The notes below the pieces were generated by a model. That model saw nothing but the letters and a program-made list of their open reading frames with translations. It was not told the DNA's origin and did no database searches. A stretch of DNA of 64,000 nucleotides from Nitrospirota bacterium (GTDB lineage Bacteria > Nitrospirota > UBA9217), in contig CAVVUN010000002.1 of assembly GCA_963751455.1 (NCBI GenBank), positions 480,001 through 544,000 of the forward strand. The letters are read 5' to 3'. Position numbers and translations under genes: made by a program. Of the stretch, positions 52,872 through 63,463 are shown in pieces. The stretch's first letter is position 1; every line of letters starts with the position of its first letter.

Positions 52872-53042
52872 GAATGAATTCCCTCACATGTGGGATTGCA
52901 AAGTGCAAAATAGAATATCATCGATGTGACTCATGGCGTCAAAACCAGTTGACATCAGAACTCAAATGCTTTACAAATGCTTTAAACACCAATTCAAGTC
53001 CGCTTCAAAATCCCTTACAGGCCCGCCGAGGAGGAGGTATTT

Positions 53043-53766
53043 ATGTTTGCTGAAAAGCATGTCTTGATCGTCTGTCATACGGCTGCAGGCCAAATGTACC
53101 TTGGCGTGCTGATGAAGCGGATTTGGTACAGCCCGATGCTGGCCAAAGACGTGGAGGAAGCGCTTGCGCTCACGCACAAGAACCGCTTCGACGTCATAAT
53201 CCTAGATGGGGATTCTGCCCGATCCAAATTTGCGTAGATCCCTTTCGCTTCTCAGAGATAATTCAGCCACCAAGGACCTTCCGCTGGTAGTGTTCATGGT
53301 TGAGGAAAGTTCTGCGAAGAAAGAAGCGTTGATCAGCGAGGGGTGTACCGCGATTCTGAGCAAACCGCTGGACCTGGCCCTTGTATACGGAGTGCTCGGC
53401 CGGCTCTGCGACGAACCGAGGAACGCTCCCAGGATACCGGTCAAGTTCAGGGTCGCCATTGAGGAAGATGTCCCTGAAAGGGAGCTGACGTGCATCAATC
53501 TGTCTGAAGGGGGAATGTACCTTCGCACATACATACCCCTTCCGGAAGGACGAATCATAAACGTCGCGTTTACGCTGCCGCACGATACGAACATCGTGAA
53601 ATTAGAGGCCCAAGTCGTGCGGACAGCCGCTCTCGGAACGCAGATGGAAGTGGAGCCGGGCATGGGACTCCGTTTTTTGATGATGCCCGATGATATGAAG
53701 CAGCTTATCAGGAACTTTGTGCAGTGGGAAATGGTGGGCGATCTCACGTGGGAGCCTAATTTATGA
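53043..53766 (+). pseudogene. REC-PilZ protein with a +1 frameshift near 53213
   Basis: REC-like start (...FDVIILDGD) continues in another frame into RNAPR and NLSEGG PilZ motifs. Confidence 0.75.
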
Positions 53767-53889
53767 GAAAAATCACCTTATATTTCAAAGCATTTCTGTT
53801 TAACTATAATTATTTGAAATTAACAGTTAATTTTGTTATAATTGGGCTAAGGGAAAAGGATTAATGTAAATCTCGAAATAGAGGTCATC

Positions 53890-54990
53890 ATGTTTAACCT
53901 GTCAAATAGACCGATATCCTGCAAAACAACAAAACGCCAGCTTGGTAAAATATTGGTAGATGGCGATTTTGTCACGCCCGATCATATTAAGACCGCGCTC
54001 GAACAGCAAAAGCAGACCAATGAGCAGCTGGGGGAAATACTTATCCGCAGCGGAGTTTTGAGCCCGTTTGAACTCAAGGCCGTTCTTTCGATTCAGACCG
54101 AGCTCGCTTGCCCGGAAGATGCCTTGAAGGCGGCTGCTGGCGCCCGGCTTCTTCTCGGTGAAATCCTCCTCAGGGCAAAGCGGATCAGCCGGGAGCAGCT
54201 CGATTGTGCTCTTAGCGAGCAGAAGCGTACAGGCGATAAGCTTGGTACCGTATTGATACGGCTTGGGTTGCTGACCGAAACTGAATTGAAGGCTGCACTT
54301 GCATTTCAGCTGGATCAAGATGGCGAGGCTCCGGTACTTAACAAATTACGCCTCGGAGAGATACTCGTAACTACAGGACAGATCAGCCGAACCCAACTCG
54401 AGGATGTTCTCAACCGACAGAAAATGTCCAAAAAGAAAATAGGAGAACTGCTCGTAGAAGCCGGGTATCTGGAGGCCCAGCAGGTCGACTATACTCTTAA
54501 ACTGCAGCAAAAGCTTCTGACTGCCGCCCTTATAGCGGCGCTTTCCATGTCCAGTATGCTGGGCGATCAGGAAGCGCACGCGATGAGTTCGGGAGTAAGT
54601 ACCAAGATAAACATAGCAGCTACCGTGTTGCCACATACCAGCATCACGGTTCTGAGCCAGGTACCTGAACTGGTTGTTACAAATATCGACATCAAACGCG
54701 GGTATATTGAAGTCCCTTCGGCTACGCGCATTAGTGTGAAGAGCAATAACCCTGCCGGATATTTGCTCGCGTTTGAGCCAATGGGCGCTATTGATTCATT
54801 CTTCACTTCAGTTAACGTTCTTATCGCGGGACGAGAGATGCAGTTGTCGCCGAACGGAGCAGGCTGGGTCCCGCAGCCTTATATTCGAGGCGGTGTAATA
54901 CAGAACGTGAATTACCGATTCGCGCTTTCAAAGAACGCTCAACCAGGCACTTACAACTGGCCGTTGATGATTTCAGTCCATCACATTTAG
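53890..54990 (+). CDS. 3xMshEN (GSPII-E N-terminal) domains + internal signal peptide + pilin-like beta domain
   Basis: Six (R/K/Q/L)LGxxL..G....L...L..Q motifs, then KLLTAALIAALSMSS...EAHA, then a beta-rich domain ending GTYNWPLMISV. Confidence 0.75.
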   Translation: MFNLSNRPISCKTTKRQLGKILVDGDFVTPDHIKTALEQQKQTNEQLGEILIRSGVLSPFELKAVLSIQTELACPEDALKAAAGARLLLGEILLRAKRISREQLDCALSEQKRTGDKLGTVLIRLGLLTETELKAALAFQLDQDGEAPVLNKLRLGEILVTTGQISRTQLEDVLNRQKMSKKKIGELLVEAGYLEAQQVDYTLKLQQKLLTAALIAALSMSSMLGDQEAHAMSSGVSTKINIAATVLPHTSITVLSQVPELVVTNIDIKRGYIEVPSATRISVKSNNPAGYLLAFEPMGAIDSFFTSVNVLIAGREMQLSPNGAGWVPQPYIRGGVIQNVNYRFALSKNAQPGTYNWPLMISVHHI

Positions 54991-55124
54991 GACTATGCTT
55001 TTCAGGGCCGCTTTACTAACCCGCTACAAGCAAATAAGCAATCGATTCAAATTCGTCACCTTAGTTTTTTCTCGATATATGCGTATTAATTTTGTGTCAG
55101 TAAAATAAACGGGGAGGCGGTGTC

Positions 55125-55220
55125 ATGACAACGATCTTGATTATGGCAGGAGTAATGGCCCTGGTCTATGTTTACGCGGCGATCTCATTCCACTACGCGT
55201 TCAAGAAATTCCCGGTCTGA
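55125..55220 (+). CDS. 31-aa membrane peptide MTTILIMAGVMALVYVYAAISFHYAFKKFPV
   Basis: RBS GGGGAGG, single hydrophobic helix, GC-rich hairpin downstream. Confidence 0.55.
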   Translation: MTTILIMAGVMALVYVYAAISFHYAFKKFPV

Positions 55221-55514
55221 CGAGGCGCCAAATCGCCGGCGGCGCCGGCGAAAGGACAACTCCTCAGGTTCGACAGTAAAAAATAATAAACGAGCAATTT
55301 GAAAAATACCTTCCTAGCCGTCTTGCCTGTAAAAGCTTCCGGAGTTCGCAACATCCGGTCGGTTCATCTCGCTCTTCTAACTATTTTCTCATAGCCGATA
55401 TGCCCCTCTCTTGTGAAAATAGAGTGATACAATTGAGATAGAGAAGTACTCCTCCAATTTGCAAAATGCAAACTGCAAATCCTTCACTGTATGATCGCTA
55501 AGGGAGCTATCTTC

Positions 55515-56483
55515 ATGGACAAGCGTGAACTCGGAAAATCAGGACTGAAAGTCGCGCCTTTTGCCCTGGGTTGCAATGTGTTTGGATGGACCGTGGACGA
55601 ACCAACGGCATTTGCTCTTCTAGACGCGTTTACAGCGTCCGGTTTCAACCTGATCGACACCGCGGACGTGTACTCGCGCTGGGTCGTGGGCAATAGAGGA
55701 GGCGAATCAGAAGTTATTATCGGCAAATGGCTGAAGCGGAAAGGGAACCGAAGCAAGGTGCTTGTGGCGACCAAGGTCGGCAGCCCCATGGGCCGCGGCG
55801 AAGGAGGACTGTCAAAAAGGTACATTATGCGGGAATGCGAGGAGTCCCTTCATCGCTTGCAGACAGACCATATAGACCTGTACCAGTCCCATTTCGATGA
55901 TCCGGACACTCCCTTGGACGAGACGCTGGAAGCGTATGCGGAACTGGTCAGGCAGGGTAAGGTCAAAGCCATCGGCGCTTCAAACTATTCGCCGGACAGG
56001 CTTCGAGAATCGCTGGAGCTCAGCAAAGAACGCGGTTTGCCAGCGTACCAGAGCCTTCAGACATTATACAATCTGTACGAACGCCGGGAGTACGAAACCG
56101 TTCATGAGCCGTTCTGCAGGGAGCATGGACTGGGCGTTCTGAGCTACTACTCACTGGCCAGAGGCTTCCTGACCGGAAAATACCGGTCTCCGGAGGACCT
56201 GTCCAAGAGTGTGCGGGGGATGATGATCGCAAGGTTCCTGAATACCCGCGGACAAAGCATCCTTCAGGCCCTCGATTCCGCGGCCCGGAAGTATCATGCA
56301 TCGCCTGCGGCAGTGGCGCTGAACTGGGTGATGGCGCGGCCCACGGTAACCGCCGCTATAGCGAGCGCAACCAGTGTGAGTCAATTGCAGATGCTGATCG
56401 AAGCAGCACGGCTTGACATGGATTCCGAGACGCTTAAGCTCCTGAACGCGGCGAGCCGGGAGGACAAGGCTGTGGCCGCGTGA
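55515..56483 (+). CDS. Aldo/keto reductase
   Basis: DTADVY, ATKVG, IDLYQSH, IGASNY. Confidence 0.92.
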   Translation: MDKRELGKSGLKVAPFALGCNVFGWTVDEPTAFALLDAFTASGFNLIDTADVYSRWVVGNRGGESEVIIGKWLKRKGNRSKVLVATKVGSPMGRGEGGLSKRYIMRECEESLHRLQTDHIDLYQSHFDDPDTPLDETLEAYAELVRQGKVKAIGASNYSPDRLRESLELSKERGLPAYQSLQTLYNLYERREYETVHEPFCREHGLGVLSYYSLARGFLTGKYRSPEDLSKSVRGMMIARFLNTRGQSILQALDSAARKYHASPAAVALNWVMARPTVTAAIASATSVSQLQMLIEAARLDMDSETLKLLNAASREDKAVAA

Positions 56484-56825
56484 TCGGTTATTTTCAGCAA
56501 CTTACCACAGCAGGTTCGGAAATGTGTGCCGTGATATAAGCCTTATAATGGTCAAGCATACGTCAGTGAATTTCTCCGACGGATAACTTGACTCCTCGCA
56601 ATGATCGCATTGACTTCAATTTGCTGTCTCTCCATACACTTTCCCATATTTTCTGATATAACAGAAATAGCAGCATAACGGTGCCGGTTTAATGCCATCT
56701 TTGCGAGCGAAGAGAAGCAATATTGCGTTCATAACGCTTTTAAATACAGTTTGCCGCCTCGCAAAATAGTGTCTCGCAATGACACCGAGGAGTTTATTAA
56801 GAGCTAGACCTGTGTCTTTCAAGAT

Positions 56826-57902
56826 ATGAATAATGCACAGAATAAAAGGGACTCGGGTTTGTACGCTAAAGGGGGATGGTTTTCGCGAGCAGGAGTTATC
56901 AACGTGGTGCTGTTTATGGCGACAGCACTTGCTTTCTATGTCTGTTATCTGCTTTTGAATCCATTCCTGCCCTCCATTACCTGGGCGCTGACCCTCGCCG
57001 TGGTTGCCTATCCCCTGCACGATCGGCTGGTCAGGCGCTTCAAATACCCGAATATTGCATCCGCGCTGACAGTCACAATCGTCACACTCCTGATCGTGGG
57101 TCCAGGAATATTTGTCGGGCAAACCATCGTAAACGAAACCATTGCAGGAGTTGAAAGCCTGCGGAAGCAGACCGAGTCCGAACAGTGGCGCGCTACTATC
57201 GAGAAACATCCACAGCTGGCACGAGCCTTCAACAGGGTGCAGCCTTATCTGGACATTCGCGGCATAGCCGAGCGTGCGGCAAATGCGCTGGCGAAAGGGC
57301 TTTCCGCTCTCGTTGGCGGCTCTATCTGGCTCCTGGCCCAGCTTCTCATTACCTTATTCACCCTCTTTTACCTGCTTCGTGACCGGCACACGATACTGAA
57401 GGCAGTCGCGTCTCACATGCCTCTGTCGCAGCCCGAGACTGACAGGCTGTTTTCACGTGTAACCGATACCATTCAGGCTACAATCTATGGAATCTTCGCT
57501 GTCGCTCTTGTGCAAGGCACCCTCGGCGGGCTTATGTTCTGGTGGCTCGGGCTTCCCGGGCCGGTGCTGTGGGGAATTGTCATGGCTTTGCTCGCGCTCA
57601 TACCTGTGCTCGGCGCACCCGTGGTATGGGTACCGGCTGCAGTCATTCTTGCGCTTACCGGAAGCTGGGGCAAGGCTATAATCCTGACAGCCTGGGGATT
57701 TATTGTGATAGGAATAATAGATAATCTGCTTTACCCTATCCTTGTCGGCGATAAACTGCAGATGCACACGCTTCTGGTCTTTTTTTCGGTAGTCGGAGGA
57801 CTGGTTCTGCTGGGTTCATCCGGGCTTATATTCGGTCCGGCAGCCGTTGCCGTAATAACTGTGTTGATGGATGTATGGCGGGAGCGTACGTCGGAGCAAT
57901 AA
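56826..57902 (+). CDS. AI-2E family transporter
   Basis: Multi-TM; IPVLGAP, IDNLLYP, GLIFGP. Confidence 0.88.
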   Translation: MNNAQNKRDSGLYAKGGWFSRAGVINVVLFMATALAFYVCYLLLNPFLPSITWALTLAVVAYPLHDRLVRRFKYPNIASALTVTIVTLLIVGPGIFVGQTIVNETIAGVESLRKQTESEQWRATIEKHPQLARAFNRVQPYLDIRGIAERAANALAKGLSALVGGSIWLLAQLLITLFTLFYLLRDRHTILKAVASHMPLSQPETDRLFSRVTDTIQATIYGIFAVALVQGTLGGLMFWWLGLPGPVLWGIVMALLALIPVLGAPVVWVPAAVILALTGSWGKAIILTAWGFIVIGIIDNLLYPILVGDKLQMHTLLVFFSVVGGLVLLGSSGLIFGPAAVAVITVLMDVWRERTSEQ

Positions 57903-57903
57903 A

Positions 57904-58067
57904 CCTAAAAACGGCATTTGAACACGGATGAACACGGAAACAGCGGATCAAAACAATGTGATAGAGCAAAAAGCCATCTCGCCTTTTGGGTGAATCCATT
58001 ACTGTTCGTAACTTCCTATAAATCCGTGTTGATCAGATTTTATCCGTGTCCAACTGCTTTTTTCAGG
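57904..58067. mobile_element. 164-bp MITE (inverted copy of 24082-24245)
   Basis: Matches the other copy by eye; 5-bp TSD ATAAA overlapping the upstream stop codon. Confidence 0.9.
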
Positions 58068-58210
58068 ATAAAGCATTCAGAAAAAAACTTATCGGTGATC
58101 AACTTGGGGCTTCCGGATGGTGCGAATGTCATGAACTGCACGCTGTTTTGTTGTGCGGCATAAAAAAAGGCCCTCGTAAAATGAGGGCCTTGACATTTTC
58201 CTTCTTGAGA

Positions 58211-58357
58211 CTACTTAGTTGCGGTGGCCGTCGGCGCTGACTCGGTCATGGTAGGCGCAGACTTTTCCGGCGCAGGGGTTTGACTCTTCTCGCACCCGGC
58301 TATTGCAAAAACCACGGCAATTGCCGTGCCTGCTATGATTACAGTGATCTTTTTCAT
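58211..58357 (-). CDS. 48-aa Pro/Thr/Ala-rich lipoprotein
   Basis: RBS AAGGGGGTG; MKKITVIIAGTAIAVVFAIAGC lipobox; terminator hairpin AAGGCCCTC/GAGGGCCTT downstream. Confidence 0.7.
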   Translation of the reverse strand: MKKITVIIAGTAIAVVFAIAGCEKSQTPAPEKSAPTMTESAPTATATK

Positions 58358-58773
58358 GTGATTTCACCCCCTTTCTTGTCTTCCATATGACCCGCAATGC
58401 GTTTTCGTAAAAGAATCAATATAAATAAAAAGCGCACCGCAGTATGGGATTATGGGGAGACCGTTTCCACAAAAGCTTTATTTTGGCCTTGAAGCCCCGA
58501 ATATCGCTGTTTCAAACGGTTGAGATTATATTCTTTCTGTCGCGAAAATCAAGAGAATTTATACATCTGTGAAGTCAAAGTCAAAATGCCCGGCTGGTCA
58601 CTCGGAACGGCCGCAAACGGCTTTCGGTGTTTCCTGCAAGTATCTGTTCCATGCAGCAGTCTCCCGGCCTGCGCGACTTTCTGAAGCATTATTCAGGCGA
58701 AGCTTGAGAAGGTCCCCGACAGATGTTAAACTTATAAAGTGGCAGGTTGGCAGGCGCTTGAAAGGGGACCCAT

Positions 58774-59541
58774 ATGAATGCCGGGGAACAATTGCCTAAG
58801 CTGATCCTGAACAAGACTGACCTCCGGCTTGTCGAGCCCGGCATTTACTCCCTTGACCCGCACGGCGAAAATGCCAACGCATATGACCGGCTCTTCGGGT
58901 CGGTCTATGATCTCGTGGCTTGCAACCGGTTGTATAACCGCATCGTGTGGGGCTACGAGACAGCCAAGTATCACAACCTCTGTCTTGATGCCCTCGAATC
59001 ATCAACCGGCTGGGTGCTCGACGCCGGATGCGGGTCGCTGGCCTTTACGGCACGGGCCTATGTGGCCTGCCCTGTACGGCCCGTTGTGCTGCTGGACCAA
59101 TCGATACATCTTCTCAGAATGGCCAGGCAACGGCTGATAAAACTGAACGGCACTGTTCCGCAAAATATGGTATTTGTGCGCGGGGATGTTCTCCATCTGC
59201 CGTTTAAACCGTCGAGCTTCGACTCTATTCTTTCGTTGAATCTGCTGCACGTGCTCGAAAGTCCGGTCGCCGCGCTGATCGAACTGAGAAAGGTGCTGGC
59301 GCAGAGAGGAACACTCCATTGCACAACCCTGGTCAAGTCCGACCGTTTTGCGGACCGGTATCTTGACAGGCTCGCTGCGTCAAAGCTGCTTGTGCCGAGA
59401 CATGCCGAACAGGTGGCCGAATTTTTCGATAAGGCAGGGCTGGATAAAATGTATAGTATCAGCGGCAGTCTGGCAACCATTCGCGCGAAGGCCAAGGATA
59501 CGAGTTGGATGAGCAGTACATGGCGGATTGCGCGGGCCTGA
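58774..59541 (+). CDS. Class I SAM-dependent methyltransferase
   Basis: VLDAGCGS, GDVLHLPFKPSSFD. Confidence 0.85.
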   Translation: MNAGEQLPKLILNKTDLRLVEPGIYSLDPHGENANAYDRLFGSVYDLVACNRLYNRIVWGYETAKYHNLCLDALESSTGWVLDAGCGSLAFTARAYVACPVRPVVLLDQSIHLLRMARQRLIKLNGTVPQNMVFVRGDVLHLPFKPSSFDSILSLNLLHVLESPVAALIELRKVLAQRGTLHCTTLVKSDRFADRYLDRLAASKLLVPRHAEQVAEFFDKAGLDKMYSISGSLATIRAKAKDTSWMSSTWRIARA

Positions 59542-59986
59542 GGATTACGAGTCAACCAGTTTCATATCAGCGTTGCTTCTCCGATTCGCTATAGACATGC
59601 TGAAGACTACTGCTTTCGGAAGCAAGCGGTCGCACTTATTTTCGTCTCGGGCAGTTCATGACCGAGCAGCGAGCGCAATTCTCCTCGTCATTTTTTTCGA
59701 GACCGAACGGAATCATCTCTCCGCATACGCAGATCCAGCCGTCGGATCTTTTCGTTTCCAGTTCTTCATCACAAAAAGGGCATGCAAGCATGCGGTCCTC
59801 CTTCCTTTCTGAAATGATAACCCGAACGGGCCCCGACAGTTATGATATAGATCAGGTAAAATGCATGGACAGCGGAATTGCAGAGTGCAAATTATAGATT
59901 GCAAAATGCAACTTCAAGGTTTTCTGATTTCCCTTGCAAAAGGTTCGAATGTTCGATACTATTCCGATAAAGGAAATCGGAATCCC

Positions 59987-60853
59987 ATGCAGATCAATAA
60001 GCACGTTCATGCAATCAAGATACCTTTCACCGTAATGACGCCGTGGGGCCTCATGGAAAGGTTTGTTTACGTTTATCTCATTTACGGTACCAACGGAGTC
60101 TGCCTGATCGATACAGGGGTTGCGTCTTCCGAACAGGCGATCTTCAATTACCTGAGGTCCACGGACCGGAGGGTGAGCGATATTTCGCTGATTATCCAGA
60201 CGCATTCTCATCCGGACCATATCGGCGCGTCGCGCACCATCAAAGGAGAAACGGGATGCTCTGTCGCGGCACACCCCGCGGAAAAGGCCTGGATCGAGAA
60301 CGTCAAACTGCAGGCGGCCGAAAGGCCGGTGCCCGGTTTCGACTCGCTTGTGGCAGGCTCACTGGTGGTGAACAGACTGCTCGAGGACGGCGAGGTGTTC
60401 GACCTGGGCTGCGGCCTCAAACTGCAGGTCTTCCACACCCCTGGCCACTCGAAAGGCTCGATTTCCATACTGCTGCTTGGATACATGACGCTCTTTTCGG
60501 GGGATGCCGTCCCTGTTCCCGGCGAGATGCCCATATACGAAGATGTCCTTGCTTCCGTCGCATCGATAAAAAAGCTCAGGGCGGTCGCTGATATCCATTA
60601 TCTCCTTCCGTCCTGGGATGAACCGCAGAAAGGGCCCATGGCCTACCAGAGGATGGATCAGGGACTTGAGTATATTCAGCGCATTCATTCCGCGGTCAGC
60701 AAATGCTCTCAAGATCTATCCAAACCCGACGCCATGGAAGTATGCGGCTGCGTGCTGAAAGACCTGGGATCCCCTCCGGAACTCGCAAACCCTCTCATGG
60801 CTCGGTCCATTGCCGCCCACCTGGCTGTCCGGAATCAGACATCCATCCTGTAG
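59987..60853 (+). CDS. MBL-fold metallo-hydrolase
   Basis: LIDTG, THSHPDHIG, TPGHS, SGDA. Confidence 0.9.
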   Translation: MQINKHVHAIKIPFTVMTPWGLMERFVYVYLIYGTNGVCLIDTGVASSEQAIFNYLRSTDRRVSDISLIIQTHSHPDHIGASRTIKGETGCSVAAHPAEKAWIENVKLQAAERPVPGFDSLVAGSLVVNRLLEDGEVFDLGCGLKLQVFHTPGHSKGSISILLLGYMTLFSGDAVPVPGEMPIYEDVLASVASIKKLRAVADIHYLLPSWDEPQKGPMAYQRMDQGLEYIQRIHSAVSKCSQDLSKPDAMEVCGCVLKDLGSPPELANPLMARSIAAHLAVRNQTSIL

Positions 60854-61242
60854 CAGGGCGATGACGGCGTCACTTGGCGACGCGGATAATGGAAGTTTGG
60901 GCAAAATCTTTTTTCTGTCAAACGACAAGACAAGATGCAGCAGCTTTTACTTTTCCAGACACCCCTGCATCCCGTGAGCACGGCCTGCATTCGCGCTTCG
61001 CACCCATAAGCACTTGCCCGCAGGGTGTCCGCGCATTACCATGACCAGCAGCAGAGTCGGTTAACCACAAATCGTGCATGCGCGTGCGTAGCGTAGCGAA
61101 GCTCAGCGCGATGAGCGGCTGAGTCGACAGGTAGAACTTAAGACAATCTGGCATGTTTGCGCGGCGCTGAGAACGGCGGTGCAGAAGAAAAACAAGGATC
61201 CTGCACAGCCTGAAAGCCTTACGGGTTCAGGATCCTTCTCCC

Positions 61243-61878
61243 TTATATATCTCTCGACGGACAGATGTTGTACAGGACGCACTCCTTGTGCTTCGGTTTC
61301 CGGGCCACGCAGACGGCACGGCCGTGGAAGATAAGAAGGTGCGCGAGCTCTCCCCACTCCTCCCGCGGCGTCACCTCCATCAGATCCTTTTCTATTTTCA
61401 CGGGCTCCTCGTGCTTTGTCAGGCCGAGCCTGAAGGCAAGCCGTGTCACATGCGTGTCCACTGCGATCCCCTCATTGATGCCGAAGGCGCTCGAAAGCAC
61501 GATATTCGCGGTTTTGCGGCCTACACCGGGGATCTCGACGAGCTGTTCCATGGTCTGGGGAACGTTTCCTCCGAACTTCTCCACGAGCATCTTCGCCGCT
61601 TTATTGATGTTCCCTGCCTTGGTGCGGAAAAAATTAACGGGTCGGATGTCGGCGGCAAGCTGCTCCGGCGAAGCATCCGCATAATCCAGCGCTGTCCGGT
61701 ATTTCTTAAAAAGCCCTTCTGTCACCTTGTTCACGAGCGCATCGGTGGTCTGTGCCGAGAGTATTGTCGCTATGAGCAGTTCGACCGGGGTCGAAAAATG
61801 GAGGGCTGTCTGCGGCGTGCCCGTGTATGCTTTTTTCAACCGCTTCAGTATCTGGGCCACCTGCTTTTTCCTGTCCAA
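61243..61878 (-). CDS. nth: Endonuclease III
   Basis: LIATILSAQTTD, PGVGRKTAN, VDTHV; Fe-S motif C-x6-H-x2-C-x5-C. Confidence 0.93.
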   Translation of the reverse strand: MDRKKQVAQILKRLKKAYTGTPQTALHFSTPVELLIATILSAQTTDALVNKVTEGLFKKYRTALDYADASPEQLAADIRPVNFFRTKAGNINKAAKMLVEKFGGNVPQTMEQLVEIPGVGRKTANIVLSSAFGINEGIAVDTHVTRLAFRLGLTKHEEPVKIEKDLMEVTPREEWGELAHLLIFHGRAVCVARKPKHKECVLYNICPSRDI

Positions 61879-61912
61879 TTGGGTTCCTCGCTTTCTGTGC
61901 CCTCAGCACTCG

Positions 61913-62596
61913 TCAAAGCCTGCTCCGCTTCGATTGAAGGCTGTTCATCACGGCCGGGAGAATCGCCAGAAGGGCCAGGACTGCGAAGGCGGCGATCACT
62001 CTCGCGGAAAGTATGTCGCCAGGCGAATCTATGGATCCTATCTGCCGGCCCGCATATGCATAGACTGCCGTGCCCGGGATAATGCCAAGTGCGGTTGTCC
62101 AGACGAACGTCCTTAACCGCACAGTGGTGAACCCGGACAGGATATTGATCAGAAAAAACGGAAAGGCGGGAATGAACCTCAGGGTAAGCAAAAAGCTTGT
62201 TCCGTTCCTGGAAACCTCTTCATTGAACCTGCCCAGTTGCCGTCTGTATTTGTTTTGGAGCCACTCGCCGAGCAGATAGCGCGCCGCGAGGAAGGCGAAA
62301 GCCGCTCCGAGCGTGGCTCCTACATTCACATACAGAATCGCCGGCAGCACGCCGTACAGAAAGCCGCCGGCGAGCGTCAAGACGGTTGCACCCGGGATAG
62401 ACAGCGCGGTCACGCCCACATACGCCGCAATGAATGACAGAACCGAAACAACATAGTGAGTACGCACGGTCTCCCTGAGCGCGTCGCGCTCTCTCTTTAC
62501 CGTGTCAAAGGTCAGCATATCGGCCATAAACAGAAAGCGGGCCGCGGTGATTGCGGCAATGAACACAATAAGAAGCACGATTTTTCTTTTCCGCAT
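61913..62596 (-). CDS. TVP38/TMEM64 (VTT/YdjX) membrane protein
   Basis: LTLAGGFLYG, LRFIPAFPFFLIN, GIIPGT. Confidence 0.88.
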   Translation of the reverse strand: MRKRKIVLLIVFIAAITAARFLFMADMLTFDTVKRERDALRETVRTHYVVSVLSFIAAYVGVTALSIPGATVLTLAGGFLYGVLPAILYVNVGATLGAAFAFLAARYLLGEWLQNKYRRQLGRFNEEVSRNGTSFLLTLRFIPAFPFFLINILSGFTTVRLRTFVWTTALGIIPGTAVYAYAGRQIGSIDSPGDILSARVIAAFAVLALLAILPAVMNSLQSKRSRL

Positions 62597-62640
62597 ATCT
62601 CTCGGTCTCTGCCGGCCGCTCCTGAAAGCGGCCTACACGC

Positions 62641-63321
62641 TTACGGTTCTTTGAAAATATTTTCCCGTAAAAGATAAGCCAGTGTCCGCGACTCATGGAA
62701 TGCGGTATCTTTTGTCCTTTCATACAGCGCGCGGAGATCGTCCACGGTGTCTACATCCCTCCAGCGGGGCGCAAAGTGTATCCTGGCCGGATAGCTTTTC
62801 AATTTCTCAATGGTTGCCGGGAAAACCGTGTTCGTGCTCCATGCGATGCCGTTGAAAATGCGCGGCGCAAAGGTGCTGTCGTTAAAGCCGATCAGGTAAT
62901 ATCCCCCGTCCTCGGCCGGGCCAATGACGACATCATTCGCCTGCAGTGACTCGAAGGCATCGAGGATTACATCGGCGGTCAGGTCCGGGATGTCGCTTCC
63001 CATCAGCACTGCCCGGTGCCATCCTTCCGAAAAAACCCGGCTGAAGGCATGCTCCATTCTTTCTCCCAGGTCCCTTCCTTCCTGCGCCATGCACTGATAC
63101 TGCGGACCGAGCAGCACGGTCACGGCATGCCGGGTCCAGGCCGGATAAAAAAATATCCGGAAGGCGCAGCCTGTTTTTCGTATGGTCTCGATGCTGTCGA
63201 GAACAAAGTTGCGATACAGCTCCAGGGCTGCATCCTGGCCCAAATCCACAGCAAGACGTGACTTGACGAGCCCCTTTATCGGGCCCTTTATAAACAGAAG
63301 GATGACGCGTTTTTCAGTCAT
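62641..63321 (-). CDS. DUF2064/TIGR04282-like glycosyltransferase-fold protein
   Basis: [41 protein letters not shown]. Confidence 0.85.
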   Translation of the reverse strand: MTEKRVILLFIKGPIKGLVKSRLAVDLGQDAALELYRNFVLDSIETIRKTGCAFRIFFYPAWTRHAVTVLLGPQYQCMAQEGRDLGERMEHAFSRVFSEGWHRAVLMGSDIPDLTADVILDAFESLQANDVVIGPAEDGGYYLIGFNDSTFAPRIFNGIAWSTNTVFPATIEKLKSYPARIHFAPRWRDVDTVDDLRALYERTKDTAFHESRTLAYLLRENIFKEP

Positions 63322-63463
63322 AGGGATTAATACTGCATATTTCAGTATTGCACAAAAGGACAGGGAGTTCAAGGGCGCCCGGGCCGCCTCCCTAAGGACG
63401 CGCAGTTGTTCAAGAGGGACATCATTCAAATGCGCTATACTAAAAGTTGAGGAGTGGGATGCT

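Noticed and set aside
58360-58530. c-di-GMP riboswitch upstream of the small lipoprotein or the cytochrome genes
   Set aside because: I could not match the class I (GEMM) or class II consensus by eye; an Infernal scan would settle it.
58660-61240. Integron cassette array (methyltransferase and MBL genes)
   Set aside because: No integron integrase and no convincing attC R''/R' boxes.
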